Source: Giardia intestinalis (lineage: Eukaryota). Taken from it: 64,000 nt of DNA. Location: NCBI GenBank assembly GCA_000002435.2, contig CM018789.1; one strand, given 5' to 3'. Each line of letters begins with the position of its first letter. Position 1 is the first letter of the stretch. Below the pieces are notes generated by a model, which was not told the origin of the DNA, ran no database searches, and saw only the letters and a list, made by a program, of their open reading frames with translations. The position numbers were made by a program, and so were the translations under genes. This document shows, one piece after another, positions 39,668 through 50,292 of this stretch.

Positions 39668-41896
39668 ATGTTGTGTCTGCTAGCTTTGGAATTCGTAGTT
39701 AGCCTCGTTGTCGATGCTTATCAGAATGCTTTTGAAAAGGAGTGTACGACTGTGGCGCAAAAGGACACATGCGCGACCAAGAAGTGTATAACGGTCAGCG
39801 GCACCGAACTGTGCCGCGAGTGCGTTGGCGGAAAAGTCCCTATCGACGGGATTTGTAAGGACACTACTGATTCCAGTGTTAGTTTATATGGATGCGAGCA
39901 TTCTAGTGGCACTGGATTTTGCACCTCGTGCAAGGATACCGCCTTCCTCTTCTACGGCAGCTGTTACGCTATAGACAAGGTTCCGGGAAACCTTGTTTGT
40001 AGCAAAGCAGAGAGTGGCAAGTGTACGGAGTGCAGACAAGGATCAAAGTTTCTGTTTACAAACCCCGACGACAGTGCGGCGGAACGGTGCATATTGTGTT
40101 ACGACAACGTCGGCTTCGGCTCATATAAAGGCGTCGATGGCTGCAGGTACTGCCTGCCTCCGCTCACCGGAGAGACATCTGCAGAGTGCAACTGGTGCCA
40201 GAATGAGAAGTATGGCCCGATAGACGGAGTATGCAAAGATCCGGGCAGGCACTTGTGCGCCGACGGGGCCTGCTCAAACTGTTACATGACTCACATTCAG
40301 CACAACGGAGGGTGCTACACAAAGACAGAAACCGTTGCACAGAAGATATGCACCACCGAAAACCAGTTCCAAGTAATTAACATCACTGCCTGCAAGAAGT
40401 GCGCCATTAAAGGGGAGGTCCCAATGGACGGGCGGTGCATAAAGGGCTTGCTCGAGCCAAAGTGCAACCCGTATCCTAACACGGATGGCAGCTGTACCGA
40501 TTGTAAGAAGGGCGGAGTCAGCTACGACACGTTCCTGTTCAACGAGGGCTGCTACAACATGAGCGATTACATCGGGTCCCAGATCTGCAGCAAGGTTAAC
40601 GAAAACGCAGAATGTGAACTTTGGAATATCGGAAGTTATGCAGTTTTCCGGCCTCCAAACGACAAAACTGCCCATACGTGCAGCGATACTTCTGCCAGGG
40701 GCATCCCTGGATGCTCCCGCTGCAGCTACAATGTTGAGAAGAAAGGGCCTATTTGCTATAACTGTGAGTACAACACGTTGGCTTTTGATAGAATGTCATG
40801 TATCACTGAAACCAGCTGCACAGGGGATAATGTACAACGAAAGTGCCCTGGAAACTCCGAAAGAGGGTGCAGATGCGAGTGTGCAGAGAAATCCTATAAG
40901 AACGGAGATAAGTGCGTTGCGTGCGATTCATCATGTCTGAAATGCGCTGGACGAGAGAGTAGATCTTGCACACTGTGTCCTCCTGGCAAAGCTCTTAAAT
41001 ACATAGGAAGTTCTATGGTAGGAACGTGTGAAGAGGGCTGCAAACAGGATGATACATGCGAGACCTGTGGCCTAACGGTTAATCAAACAGCATATTGCTC
41101 TAAGTGCAAGGACCCCACTAAATATCCCCTAGATGGTGTGTGCACATCAGCAAGTGAAGCCAGGACATCCGCCTGTTTGCAGCAGTCCAATGGAGCGTGT
41201 CAGAAATGCTCATCTGACTATTTCTTAATGGGCGGTGGCTGCTACCAAATCAACAAATATCCCGGTCGATTTGTATGTGGATGGGCCGACGATGGGAAGT
41301 GTATAGAGACTATGAATGGATACAGCATTAACGACCAGGGCCAACTTGTAGATTGCGACTCTACCTGCATGACGTGCGTGGAAGGCAAGAAGGAGCAATG
41401 CTTGTCGTGTCACTCAAGCAAATACCTCAAGAAGGAAGGGACAACTTCTTACGGCACCTGCGTGAGCCGCAACGACTGCAAGGACGGATACTACGCCAAT
41501 CACGATACCATGGAGTGCCTCCCGTGCAACATCAACGACTGCGTCTCGTGCCATCTTATTGACAAGTCAATTTTGTGCAGTCGATGTCGTGGAGACAATC
41601 TTGTGGGCCTCGACAAACGCTCGTGCACGACGGTGATCCCCGAAAATGCCGTTGAGTCCTGGGGTGGTTATACATGCAACGATGACTCGGTTCTCTCGGG
41701 CAACGCATGTCTGAGAAAGAGCTCCCAGAAGAACAAAGGAAATGGGCTTTCTAACAACGTGATTATTGGAATTTGTGTTGGAGCTGTTTTGATTATGGGT
41801 GCGCTGATTGGTGTCCTGGCCTGGTGGGTGGTGTCCCGGAAGAAAAAGAGCGCCAGCTTTGAACGTAGTAGAAGCCTGGTTATATCTAAGTCCTAG
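39668..41896 (+). CDS. High-cysteine membrane protein (HCMP): Cys-rich ectodomain, single transmembrane helix, short basic cytoplasmic tail.
   Basis: From ATG at 39668 the signal peptide is MLCLLALEFVVSLVVDAYQ. A CXXC/CXC-rich ectodomain of about 700 aa follows, then the transmembrane segment IIGICVGAVLIMGALIGVLAWWVV and the tail SRKKKSASFERSRSLVISKS. It does not end in CRGKA. An upstream in-frame ATG at 39608 would add 20 aa before the signal peptide. Confidence 0.85.
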   Translation: MLCLLALEFVVSLVVDAYQNAFEKECTTVAQKDTCATKKCITVSGTELCRECVGGKVPIDGICKDTTDSSVSLYGCEHSSGTGFCTSCKDTAFLFYGSCYAIDKVPGNLVCSKAESGKCTECRQGSKFLFTNPDDSAAERCILCYDNVGFGSYKGVDGCRYCLPPLTGETSAECNWCQNEKYGPIDGVCKDPGRHLCADGACSNCYMTHIQHNGGCYTKTETVAQKICTTENQFQVINITACKKCAIKGEVPMDGRCIKGLLEPKCNPYPNTDGSCTDCKKGGVSYDTFLFNEGCYNMSDYIGSQICSKVNENAECELWNIGSYAVFRPPNDKTAHTCSDTSARGIPGCSRCSYNVEKKGPICYNCEYNTLAFDRMSCITETSCTGDNVQRKCPGNSERGCRCECAEKSYKNGDKCVACDSSCLKCAGRESRSCTLCPPGKALKYIGSSMVGTCEEGCKQDDTCETCGLTVNQTAYCSKCKDPTKYPLDGVCTSASEARTSACLQQSNGACQKCSSDYFLMGGGCYQINKYPGRFVCGWADDGKCIETMNGYSINDQGQLVDCDSTCMTCVEGKKEQCLSCHSSKYLKKEGTTSYGTCVSRNDCKDGYYANHDTMECLPCNINDCVSCHLIDKSILCSRCRGDNLVGLDKRSCTTVIPENAVESWGGYTCNDDSVLSGNACLRKSSQKNKGNGLSNNVIIGICVGAVLIMGALIGVLAWWVVSRKKKSASFERSRSLVISKS

Positions 41897-42816
41897 AAGA
41901 CTCCGTCGTAAGCCACAAATGCGCTACTATTGTCTTTAAAGTCTAACACTATGCATGCTAAATCACTAGGTTGCAGCTCATCAACAAGGTCTACTAGCCT
42001 TTTATGGTAGTCTTTGGAGTCGTGCTGCTCTTCGTCGTTTCTAGCTAAGCGTAGCATGCTTGTGAAGAGGGGAGGAAGATTACCATAGTACTCAGTGAAC
42101 GCATCTAAGCAAGCCAGTTTGATTTCCCTTATTAGCGAGGGCTTCTTACACTTACGCCATGCCAGGCGGTCAGTCAAGATATCTAACCAGAGATAGCACA
42201 GGGCCTCGTAGTCATCACTGTACTGGGCTTTCCCACCAACTACGACATTAGAAGACGCGTACCTTGGAGTGACACGCGTGTCAGGATGCACTGTATCGCA
42301 TGTAATAAAGATGGCAGAGGATAGATCAATTGCCTTGGCTACGTCGTCTTTAACCAGAAAGTTGCGGGGACTGATGTCGCGGATAGAATAGCCAAGGGCA
42401 TGAGCAGTCGCAAGAGCATCGATAGTGCTGCGCAGCTTAGAAAGGATTGTAACTGCCACTTTGTCAGTGAGTCCAGAGACTAACATTGGCCGGAGCCGTT
42501 CTCCCCAGCGATCAAGAGTCTCGTCCATTAACTCCGTGGCCAGAAAATGGACATTCTCTGTCGTGCCGCACCCCAGAGGGCGCACAAAACAGGCAGGATT
42601 CGCTGCATGCATAGCCGCTAGAAGATCAAATTCCTTCGCAAAAGGATTCCCTGTGCATTCATGATCTCTTTGTGTTTTACTTGCTATCTTCAATGCCACA
42701 AAGGACGGGCTACACTCAGCTTCCGAGCAAGTAGACTGGGCTTTATATACTGTACCTGTGTTCCCGTAGCCCAAGAACTCAGAGACCTCGTAAGACCCCA
42801 CGGTCTGTCCGATCAT
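41893..42816 (-). CDS. Serine/threonine protein kinase, CK1/TTBK-like.
   Basis: 307 aa. It has the glycine loop LGYGNTGTVYKA, the VAIK-like ...ALKIASK, the catalytic-loop segment IRDISPRNFLV and an activation-loop region. ATG is at 42814-42816. The 4-nt overlap with the HCMP stop is typical of Giardia gene packing. Confidence 0.7.
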   Translation of the reverse strand: MIGQTVGSYEVSEFLGYGNTGTVYKAQSTCSEAECSPSFVALKIASKTQRDHECTGNPFAKEFDLLAAMHAANPACFVRPLGCGTTENVHFLATELMDETLDRWGERLRPMLVSGLTDKVAVTILSKLRSTIDALATAHALGYSIRDISPRNFLVKDDVAKAIDLSSAIFITCDTVHPDTRVTPRYASSNVVVGGKAQYSDDYEALCYLWLDILTDRLAWRKCKKPSLIREIKLACLDAFTEYYGNLPPLFTSMLRLARNDEEQHDSKDYHKRLVDLVDELQPSDLACIVLDFKDNSSAFVAYDGVF

Positions 42817-42835
42817 TATTTTGATTTACATCGCC

Positions 42836-45307
42836 GGTCCGAGCAATCCGTACCCCGTACAAGTCCTCCCCGCGGAAGGCGGACCCCGCCCGTTCGCCGC
42901 CCCAAGCCCAGAGTCCGGGGTTCGGGTCAGAACGTCGGTTGAGTCCGGGGGAGAAGAGCCCGACCGTGCACGCCAGCTCTGGCATCAACCGGAACGCCCT
43001 TCATACCTGCCGAGGAGCTAAGGCGCAATCCCTACCACCCAGTAGCACGACCGAGGCCACGGGGTTGAGCGGACGACAGCACCAGAGCGCCCGGCTGCTC
43101 GAGGCCCGGCGGACCAGAGGGCCTCCGTGAGGAAGACAGGGACCCGGCTCGTCCAGGGCACTGCGAAGCGCCGCCCCTCGCCGGGGATGCGCTCCGACGC
43201 CAGGAGAACGAGGGCCGCGGGCACACGTGGACGCCTGATAAGACGGCGGAAAAGCCGCGCCTCTCGTGCGAGCACGTGAAGCACTCATGAGCGCGCTTCC
43301 GGTGCTCCAGGTCCGGCCCGGGCCTCAGGAGCCCACTGAGACGGAGCATCCTACGCTGAGCGGCACCGGGTGAACGTTGAACTAGTAGGAGCGGAAGAGC
43401 ACGTGCCTGTCCTGAGCGAAGACCCTCCGCGGCGAGGCCGTCCAGACGCATGCAGCACAGACACCGGATGCAGGGCGCTGCTGAGTGGGGCAGCGGGGAT
43501 AGAGAAGGACATCCCCCTCAGCGCCCGTCGTGTGAACGTGCTCAGGGGAGGGTACCTAACACCCCGCAGAGCTCCAGTCGAGAGCCGAGGAGACGTGCCT
43601 CCCCACACAGCGGGGAAGCGGAGGAGCGGCATTCACCGGCCCGCTGCCCGGCTTGCAGCCTCTGCCTCGCCTCGAAGGGGAGCTGCCCCCTAACAGCGCC
43701 ACCGACGACCAGCACCTTGCTATCCAGAGGGCCGGGTCAGGACGGCCTGGACCTACGCTGGCGAGTCCATCCGGGTGCAGGCCTTCAGCGAGATCCTCGG
43801 CGCGATCCATAGGATGGGATGCGTGCTCTGTACGGTTCCGCCTGGCCCTTCCCCAAGAATGAGACAGGACAACCACGATCAGGGGACGATCATGATGCGC
43901 TCCACAAGGTAGTCCCGAGTCCCCTGGAGACCCAGACACTAGCCTTCCCGAGACAGAGCAGACTGCGTTCTACTGACTGCACATGGTGGCGTTCGCATGG
44001 CACAGGGAGACACAGGCTGATGGGCACGGCGACCTCGCTCGACATAACGAGCACCCCGACAGCAGACGGCCTCTGCCGGGCGAGTGTGCCCCGTCCCGAG
44101 GAGCTGCGTCGAGGCCTTCCTCCGGCTGTGACACGCCGCACCCCTGGGCTCGGTCCCTCGGGGCCCTACGCATGCTTCTGTGCTGCGCGGGACAGAACCT
44201 GCTCGCCAGGAGCTGAGGAGAGACCCCGCTCAGTGCCCATGCCGACGACACACTCATCTTCCATAGTAGCAACAATGACGTGGCGGGGGTAGTCACAGAG
44301 GCGGCAGGCCTGGTGAAGCAACATGGCTCGACGGTCAACACTGACAAGTATAGGAACACAGAGGGGCAGGAGGCCTCCTTCCTGGCCGGTCGAAGGAGCT
44401 CCCAGGGCAACGGAGGGCCGAAGCCAGTGATGGCACTAATCACTCGCCACGCTGGTCGAGATGGACCCGCACGTGGCCTATGTGAATCCCTCGGCAAGAG
44501 ATGGGAGCCTTGGGGTGCTTGGCTGGCAGAGGCGGACTGATCCTGCCCACACCGAAGAGTGGCGGCCTGGAACACCTGTCTGGCGTCTGCCGCAGCAGTT
44601 GGTAATCCCTTGACACCATCGAGTAGACGGGTGCCGGTTGTAGAGAGACGGCCTGACAGCGAACCGGTCCTGATCGCTCCTGGTGCCTCAGACGACGCCT
44701 CGACAGACCGAAGCATCACCCCAAGTGTGCTGTGCAGATGGACCAGCCCACAGGTCAGCTAAGCCAGACACGCTGCACAGGGTGAGCGTCGATGTGATCT
44801 CGTGCTGGGTGACGGACCAGCTGCAAGAGTGCACTGTGATTCATGAATAGGAGGGCAAACCAGAAGCCAGACCTCTCCTCCAACGCCAACGCATGGGAGT
44901 ACTCCGCCGGCATCCACGAACGCGTACTATGACTCCAAGACAGAGGCGCACGAGGAGCGCACCCTCCGGTCATACTCGGGACTGATGGTGCCCTCCACGA
45001 AGAGACGAAGAGGCACCCCGAGGAACGGGGTAGACACCCGGGGTCGTGGCGTGGGATCTTCGTCGTAGAGCATCAGCACCACGAAGCAATCCTGGAGTAC
45101 ATTGCCAGAGTCAATTGCTCTTGAGACTAGATCGCCGCGACTGACGCAAGGCCCTGAGATAGTAGGTGCCCACCAGTGCCAGACGGTAGTTGACCCCGAC
45201 GGGCCAGAGGAAGGAAAGTCCTAGGGGCACCGCGAGGAGCGGCAGCTTTTAGGAGAGCTGGGACATAGGGGTTCTTCCGCCGGGATCGAGGGCATCCGAC
45301 TCTCGGA
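42836..45307 (+). mobile_element. Copy 1 of a 2.47-kb GC-rich element: a 5'-truncated, degenerate non-LTR retrotransposon fragment (GilD-like dead element).
   Basis: Directly repeated at 51579-54050 (offset 8743 bp). All embedded ORFs are identical between copies except one amino acid (...EERSGFWF... versus ...EERSDFWF...). It contains an RT-like frame (44220-44540). The boundary is uncertain by about 5 bp because of a 1-nt indel at the 5' junction. Confidence 0.7.
44220..44540 (+). pseudogene. Reverse-transcriptase remnant (motif C and the downstream thumb region) of a non-LTR retrotransposon, interrupted by stops and frameshifts.
   Basis: Frame-0 translation reads GETPLSAHADDTLIFHSSNNDVAGVVTEAAGLVKQHGSTVNTDKYRNTEGQEASFL.... 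This parallels the L1/R2-type xYADDhhh-(about 20 aa)-GhxhNxxKT segment (for example FADDMIVYLENP...VSGYKINVQKSQAFLY). A TGA sits 9 codons upstream, and the upstream RT motifs are not in frame. Confidence 0.55.
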
Positions 45308-45596
45308 CTCTGGACTCTGCCTGGAAGCGAAAGACCTGCCTTCACTTGCCTCAACTGCCATTAAACTCTGATCTTACCCAGTGTACCGAAGCAAAAATAA
45401 GACTGTTCGGGCTGCCCCCGCGTGCTAATAGATCCCATCAGAAGTAGACGAGTCGTGGAGATGGGCTCGTTCCACGTGCCTGCTCCTCTGAGGATGCGCT
45501 GCCCTTGCTCCCCACCGAGTCCCTGGTGCTCCTCTCCGTCTCTCTGTGATCAGTAACATGTGGCACTGGCGCTTCGCTCTACCGGCCTTAGAGCGT

Positions 45597-47648
45597 TTAC
45601 TCTGAGAGGAGGGCAATTATCTCATGGCGCCTCCATAGCTTGGCCATGTCAAGGGCAGTTTCGTCCATATTATCTCTAATATTCTTCTCCCTCACAAGGA
45701 GCCTCGCACACTCTACGTAGCCGCTCTGTGCAGCGACTGTGAGAGCGGGCCATCCATCGTTATTTTGCATACCGCCCTCTTTCTCCACAAGTAATCTGAC
45801 ACAGCTTGCGTGGCCATTCTGCGCAGCCCACATGAGGGCCGTCCATCCATCCCTCGATTGCGCACAACTCTCCTTTTCTACGAGTAGCTCAACACAGCCA
45901 GCTTCGCCACGTTCTGCAGCAATCATAAGGGCGGTCCATTTGCTGTTATCCTGTATACCGCCTTCCTGCCTCAGAAGCAATTCGACACAGCTTCTGTGGC
46001 CTTTCCCCGCTGCAGCCATAAGGGCGGTTTCCCCATCGTTATCTTGCATGCCAACCTCGTTTTTCAAGAGCAATTTGGCACACTCTGAATGGCCAGCACT
46101 TGCTGCAGCCATGAGGGCCGTCCACCCCTTATCGCTCTTCATGCCGCTTTCCTTCTCTAGCAGGAGCTTAAGACAGTCTGCGCGGCCAGTCCTTGCAGTA
46201 TACATGAGGGCGGTCCATCCGTTGCTATCTTTCAGTCCCTTCTCTTTCTCCGCGAGCAGCTCCACAATCTCTGTGTATCCATATACCGCCGCCCTTATCA
46301 GAGCAGTTCCCTCGTATATCTTCCAGTCACCTACAAGTGCGCATCCCTTCATCTTCATGCCCCCCTGGAGCGGTATGAGGGCCTTCACAGCCTCCACGTC
46401 GTTTCTATCGACTGCCTTCATGAGGTCGGTGGAGTCGTCCTCCTCTATTAGGTGCTTCTCTGGCTCTTCTGACTCGTCTGATTCGTCTGACTCCTCCATT
46501 TCGTCTGTCTCGTCTGTTTCGCCCATCTCTGTCTTAATCTCCTGTATTTCCCTGAATAGCTTGGCGGCAATAGCACACTGCTCCCTAATGATGTCCATTC
46601 TTGCAGCTCGATCAGGAGGGTCCTTCCTAAGAGCTACTGTTTCGTTGTTGGCTCTATTCAAGGCTTCTACAAAGGCTGCGCGCACCTCCTTTAACCTTGT
46701 ATCTTGGGCCTCTTGTTCATCAGCAGAGATGCCAAGCCTCCGAAGTAGACGGGCGAGCCTTCTGGCAGTCGGCCTCTCGGCGGGATCGAGGACGAGCATC
46801 CTCTCAAGGACGCTCCTTGCGAGGTCGTCTGCGACACCGCTCAGGTCCGGCCTCCATCCGTCGACGAAGACCTCTGCTGGCTCCCTGCCCCCCAAGAAAT
46901 CCGGCTTCCTCAGGGTGGCGAGCTCGTATGCGACGGCCCCGAGGCTCCAGACGTCGGATGCGGCGGTCGTGTCACCGCAGAGGAGTGTCTCGGGGGCCAT
47001 GTACGCGGGGTCGCCAGCCTTCGCAGCTCCGCTCGATATGCCCTCGCAGAACCCGAAGTCTGCAAGAACAACACGCCGCCCGTCCCCAGCGAACATGATG
47101 TTGTCGGGCTCGAGGACAACGCTAGAGGGCAGGCCGTTGTGGGCACCTCTGCTGAGCCCGTGGAGGTGGGCAAGGGCGCCAGCCAGCTGCCCCAGAAGGG
47201 AGAGCACCAGCTTGCTGGGAATAGGTTCGTGAATGTCCCTGTAGTCGGTGATGAACTGCCTCAGGTCCCCGCAGCAGCGGTCTGTGACAACAAGGATCGT
47301 ATTGTCATCCATAAGCACCTGGTGGTATTTGAGAACGTCTGGGTGAAGGGTGCCTAGAAGAACGGTCAGCCTACGCCGAATGGCATCTACGCTGTGTTGA
47401 TCCAGACCATCAAGCCGGATTTCTTTCACAGCAAGGTACGGGCATCCCCTGAGAGAGTAGACGGCACCGTGGGCATCCTTACTGAGCATGTTACCTAGGC
47501 GTCTATGCAACTTTTTGGGGCTGAACACGGGAACGCCACCAGCGCCCATCGGCCCTGAAAAGCCGCTAACTAAATTGTTACTGGCATCTCCTAGGGCGCC
47601 CTCTGCGGTGGCTAAGGCAGAGGGGTAAAGCCCGCAGTCAACAGCCAT
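45597..47648 (-). CDS. NEK-like protein kinase domain (probably catalytically degenerate) fused to C-terminal TALM-type ankyrin repeats (Giardia NEK/protein 21.1 family).
   Basis: From ATG at 47648 (the track start at 47654 is GTG). The kinase core has ...YLAVKEIRL... and DFGFCEG but an altered catalytic loop (HGLSRGAHNGLPSSVVLEPDNIMF, no HRD). An acidic linker follows, then about 9 ankyrin repeats (GWTALMYTARTGRADCLKLLLEKE...). Confidence 0.8.
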   Translation of the reverse strand: MAVDCGLYPSALATAEGALGDASNNLVSGFSGPMGAGGVPVFSPKKLHRRLGNMLSKDAHGAVYSLRGCPYLAVKEIRLDGLDQHSVDAIRRRLTVLLGTLHPDVLKYHQVLMDDNTILVVTDRCCGDLRQFITDYRDIHEPIPSKLVLSLLGQLAGALAHLHGLSRGAHNGLPSSVVLEPDNIMFAGDGRRVVLADFGFCEGISSGAAKAGDPAYMAPETLLCGDTTAASDVWSLGAVAYELATLRKPDFLGGREPAEVFVDGWRPDLSGVADDLARSVLERMLVLDPAERPTARRLARLLRRLGISADEQEAQDTRLKEVRAAFVEALNRANNETVALRKDPPDRAARMDIIREQCAIAAKLFREIQEIKTEMGETDETDEMEESDESDESEEPEKHLIEEDDSTDLMKAVDRNDVEAVKALIPLQGGMKMKGCALVGDWKIYEGTALIRAAVYGYTEIVELLAEKEKGLKDSNGWTALMYTARTGRADCLKLLLEKESGMKSDKGWTALMAAASAGHSECAKLLLKNEVGMQDNDGETALMAAAGKGHRSCVELLLRQEGGIQDNSKWTALMIAAERGEAGCVELLVEKESCAQSRDGWTALMWAAQNGHASCVRLLVEKEGGMQNNDGWPALTVAAQSGYVECARLLVREKNIRDNMDETALDMAKLWRRHEIIALLSE

Positions 47649-47842
47649 TGCCACTTTTAAATCTCCATCTTAACTTGTTTTTTAAGAAGGTATTCAGTCC
47701 ATGTTTACAGAAGCCGGCCTTTTCTATACTATACAGTAGTCATCAATTAATGAACAGAATTATGTACTCATTTGGAGGTTTCCTCCTCTAGTGTGCTTAG
47801 ATACAACAAAGATGATTCATTTCACCAACCGGTTACTTCCAA

Positions 47843-47940
47843 TACTGTGTTGTTGGGACCTCCGCCTGTGGACATGGCCCAAAGGTTCCACGAATAAGCC
47901 CTCGCTCAATTCCTGGCCATATCTAGAGAAAAAGGCTACT
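47843..47940. repeat. Left arm of a perfect 97-98-bp terminal inverted repeat pair.
   Basis: The reverse complement of 47850-47940 is identical to 48862-48953. The arms enclose about 920 bp of AT-rich sequence with no ORF of 60 aa or more. Confidence 0.8.
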
Positions 47941-48861
47941 CGATGAGCACAAGGGCCCCCTCTAGTTACACAGAGGGACGACTAGAGACTCAACACAATT
48001 GTCACATACCACCTTCAGCTGTTAAGGGAATCAACACAGAACCGGGAACCAGATATTTGACTTATAGGCACGTATAAAATGATAGCTGGACCCATCTAGT
48101 CATCAGACGAACCAGTTACGGCGAAATATTCGGAAATACAGAGATAGAACATTCGTAATTATTTATGGAGCGAGCGATTTCTTCATCCTATATCCAGAGG
48201 CACCTTGAGAAACTCCGCGTGGTAACCAAACGAACACCTAACGAGATTAATCATAGGCTTTGAGAGCTAGCCTTCAGGGTGACTGAAGGAGGGAGAACCA
48301 CTGGCTACCCGAAGTTCTGAGGTATCCCCAAGCTCATAGCTTAGACAGACGACCATGGGACAAGAGAAACAACCACATTTTCACCAACCACTGTCACCCC
48401 CAATCCAAAGAGCCACAGCGATAGAAACCAACTAGACCCTAGAGGAAGGAACAACTATCGATAGGTAACGAGGTTCTGCATAGCGAACTACGGGCCCGCA
48501 GCATCCATCTGTTTTCACGGCGTTAGGATGGACTTTCGTAGGATTAGGGATGCCTTATGGGGTAAGAGACTATCGGTGGAATCGAAGTAGCAACGACGGC
48601 TACAGACAGAGGGGATAAAACGCTGTAAAAGAGGACATTGATGACCCGAATTCTCATCCATCATAGATAACAGACCAAGGAAGGAGGTGGAATTTATTAG
48701 TTACACGTGTTTGCAGAAAATTGGGGTCCCGGGCGAATCAGGCGTGCGAGCATCACCAGACGTGCATACCTGAGCCGAATGCACACACTACATAAGATCA
48801 CCAAAAAGAGTTGTATCCAGACGTACTAGTGAGAAGGAATCTCTTGTTACATTATTTACTA

Positions 48862-48958
48862 GTAGCCTTTTTCTCTAGATATGGCCAGGAATTGAGCGAG
48901 GGCTTATTCGTGGAACCTTTGGGCCATGTCCACAGGCGGAGGTCCCAACAACACAGCA
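48862..48958. repeat. Right arm of the 97-98-bp inverted repeat pair.
   Basis: See the left arm. The match is agtagcctttttctctagatatggccaggaattgagcgagggcttattcgtggaacctttgggccatgtccacaggcggaggtcccaacaac. Confidence 0.8.
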
Positions 48959-50292
48959 CTTAGATATAATCATAGCGTTAATACCCTCTCATGATTTCCA
49001 ACCCGTTTATGCCACAAAAGGAGAGATAATTATTTTCATGTTATATATAGACTGACGATACTTTTATTATGCTTGGTCTTCATAAGCAGCCAGTGACTTT
49101 TAATAGATATTTGGTTGTGTGGCATAAAACAACATGAGAAATACTAGCTCCGTTTCCTGCTTACAGTCGTTCGATCAGTTATAGCCTCGTGAGCATTAGG
49201 ACTCTGATGACATATCTTGTAAATGTTAGCCTCGAAATATCTGTTGATTTAGAAGACGAGAGACAACCCTATGTGTACCATCTTCTTGACTCCATGGGGT
49301 ATCCTTGTATACTAATCCATATATAAACCTGCCAGATAGATGGTAGAGCAGCTATTGTGGAGAGCTTACATAGGATCCTGTCTGCAGGCATAGTTCTGGG
49401 ATTTCACGAGTGAATTCCTTCATTTTTTGCTATCTCTAGAAACAATTAAGAGCTTCCCCCGCGACCTTGTACACCAAATCCGGTGCATCTTTAAATTCTT
49501 CAGATGGCACTCGTGTCTAACCTGAGTGAGTATGCTCTAATGGCACATATAGTTTTACTCCTTGTATGAGTCTGGCCCTTTCAAGAGCGTTAGCAGGCTG
49601 CGAGCACACATCTTTCTCAGACTCGGTAGTCTAGCTTTGGTCCCCCATCGTCCTCCTTATCTTCGGAGCATTCCCTGTCCTGTAAAACTGCACTCTATCA
49701 TCAGGGAGGCAAGGAGAGACTCAGAATTTATGAGTCGCTCTGTGGCGTTTATCCATCTGTGTTACTGGATTCTGGGCCCCCAACTTGCATTAGTAGCTCA
49801 GGAGTCGCATAAGCGTACCCACTTCCTTTGTAGCTTTATGTGGAGATGAAGCTAAATGGCTGCTAACAGGTCTGTGGATTCTTTTGGCAAGTTTGCATGT
49901 CGAATCAGTATGTTGTTAGGGATTTCGACTCCATATTCCTGTCTGGCCCGAATGCATGCGATGGCCGTTTTTGCCTTTTCACCGCTTCTACCTTGCTATG
50001 GGTTCTTAGCAGTCGATGTTTCTTCTTTTTCTCAATCGTTCTGATCACCCATGCAAGGAGCCCTGCTAACAGTTAGACGTACGTTGACAGTAGGCAATCA
50101 CTGGGTGGCCAGACTTTCAGCTCAGTCACTTCTGATCGGCTTCGTCGGATGCTCAGTTCGTGATCATCATAAGGCTCGAAGTGAAAAGCTTCACATTGTG
50201 TCGTTTATAATCCTCGTCTTCAACATAACTAATATAAATGGAAGTTTGCTCATGTATTTCTGCATCTACTCGCAGGTAAAGAGTCCAAGACT

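Noticed and set aside
43653-43862. A second YADD-like stretch (...NSATDDQHLAIQRAG...) about 550 bp upstream of the RT remnant
   Set aside because: The same nucleotides read ...CPLTAPPTTSTLLS... in another frame. Neither is flanked by colinear RT motifs, so I treat it as coincidental and report only the 44220-44540 frame.
42836-45307. Possibility that the 2.47-kb GC-rich direct repeats are rDNA or rDNA-spacer derived (Giardia rDNA is GC-rich and subtelomeric)
   Set aside because: No recognisable SSU or LSU conserved blocks (for example GTGCCAGCAGCCGCGGTAA, or the GTTGATCCTGCC-type SSU 5' end). A reverse-transcriptase motif is present instead.
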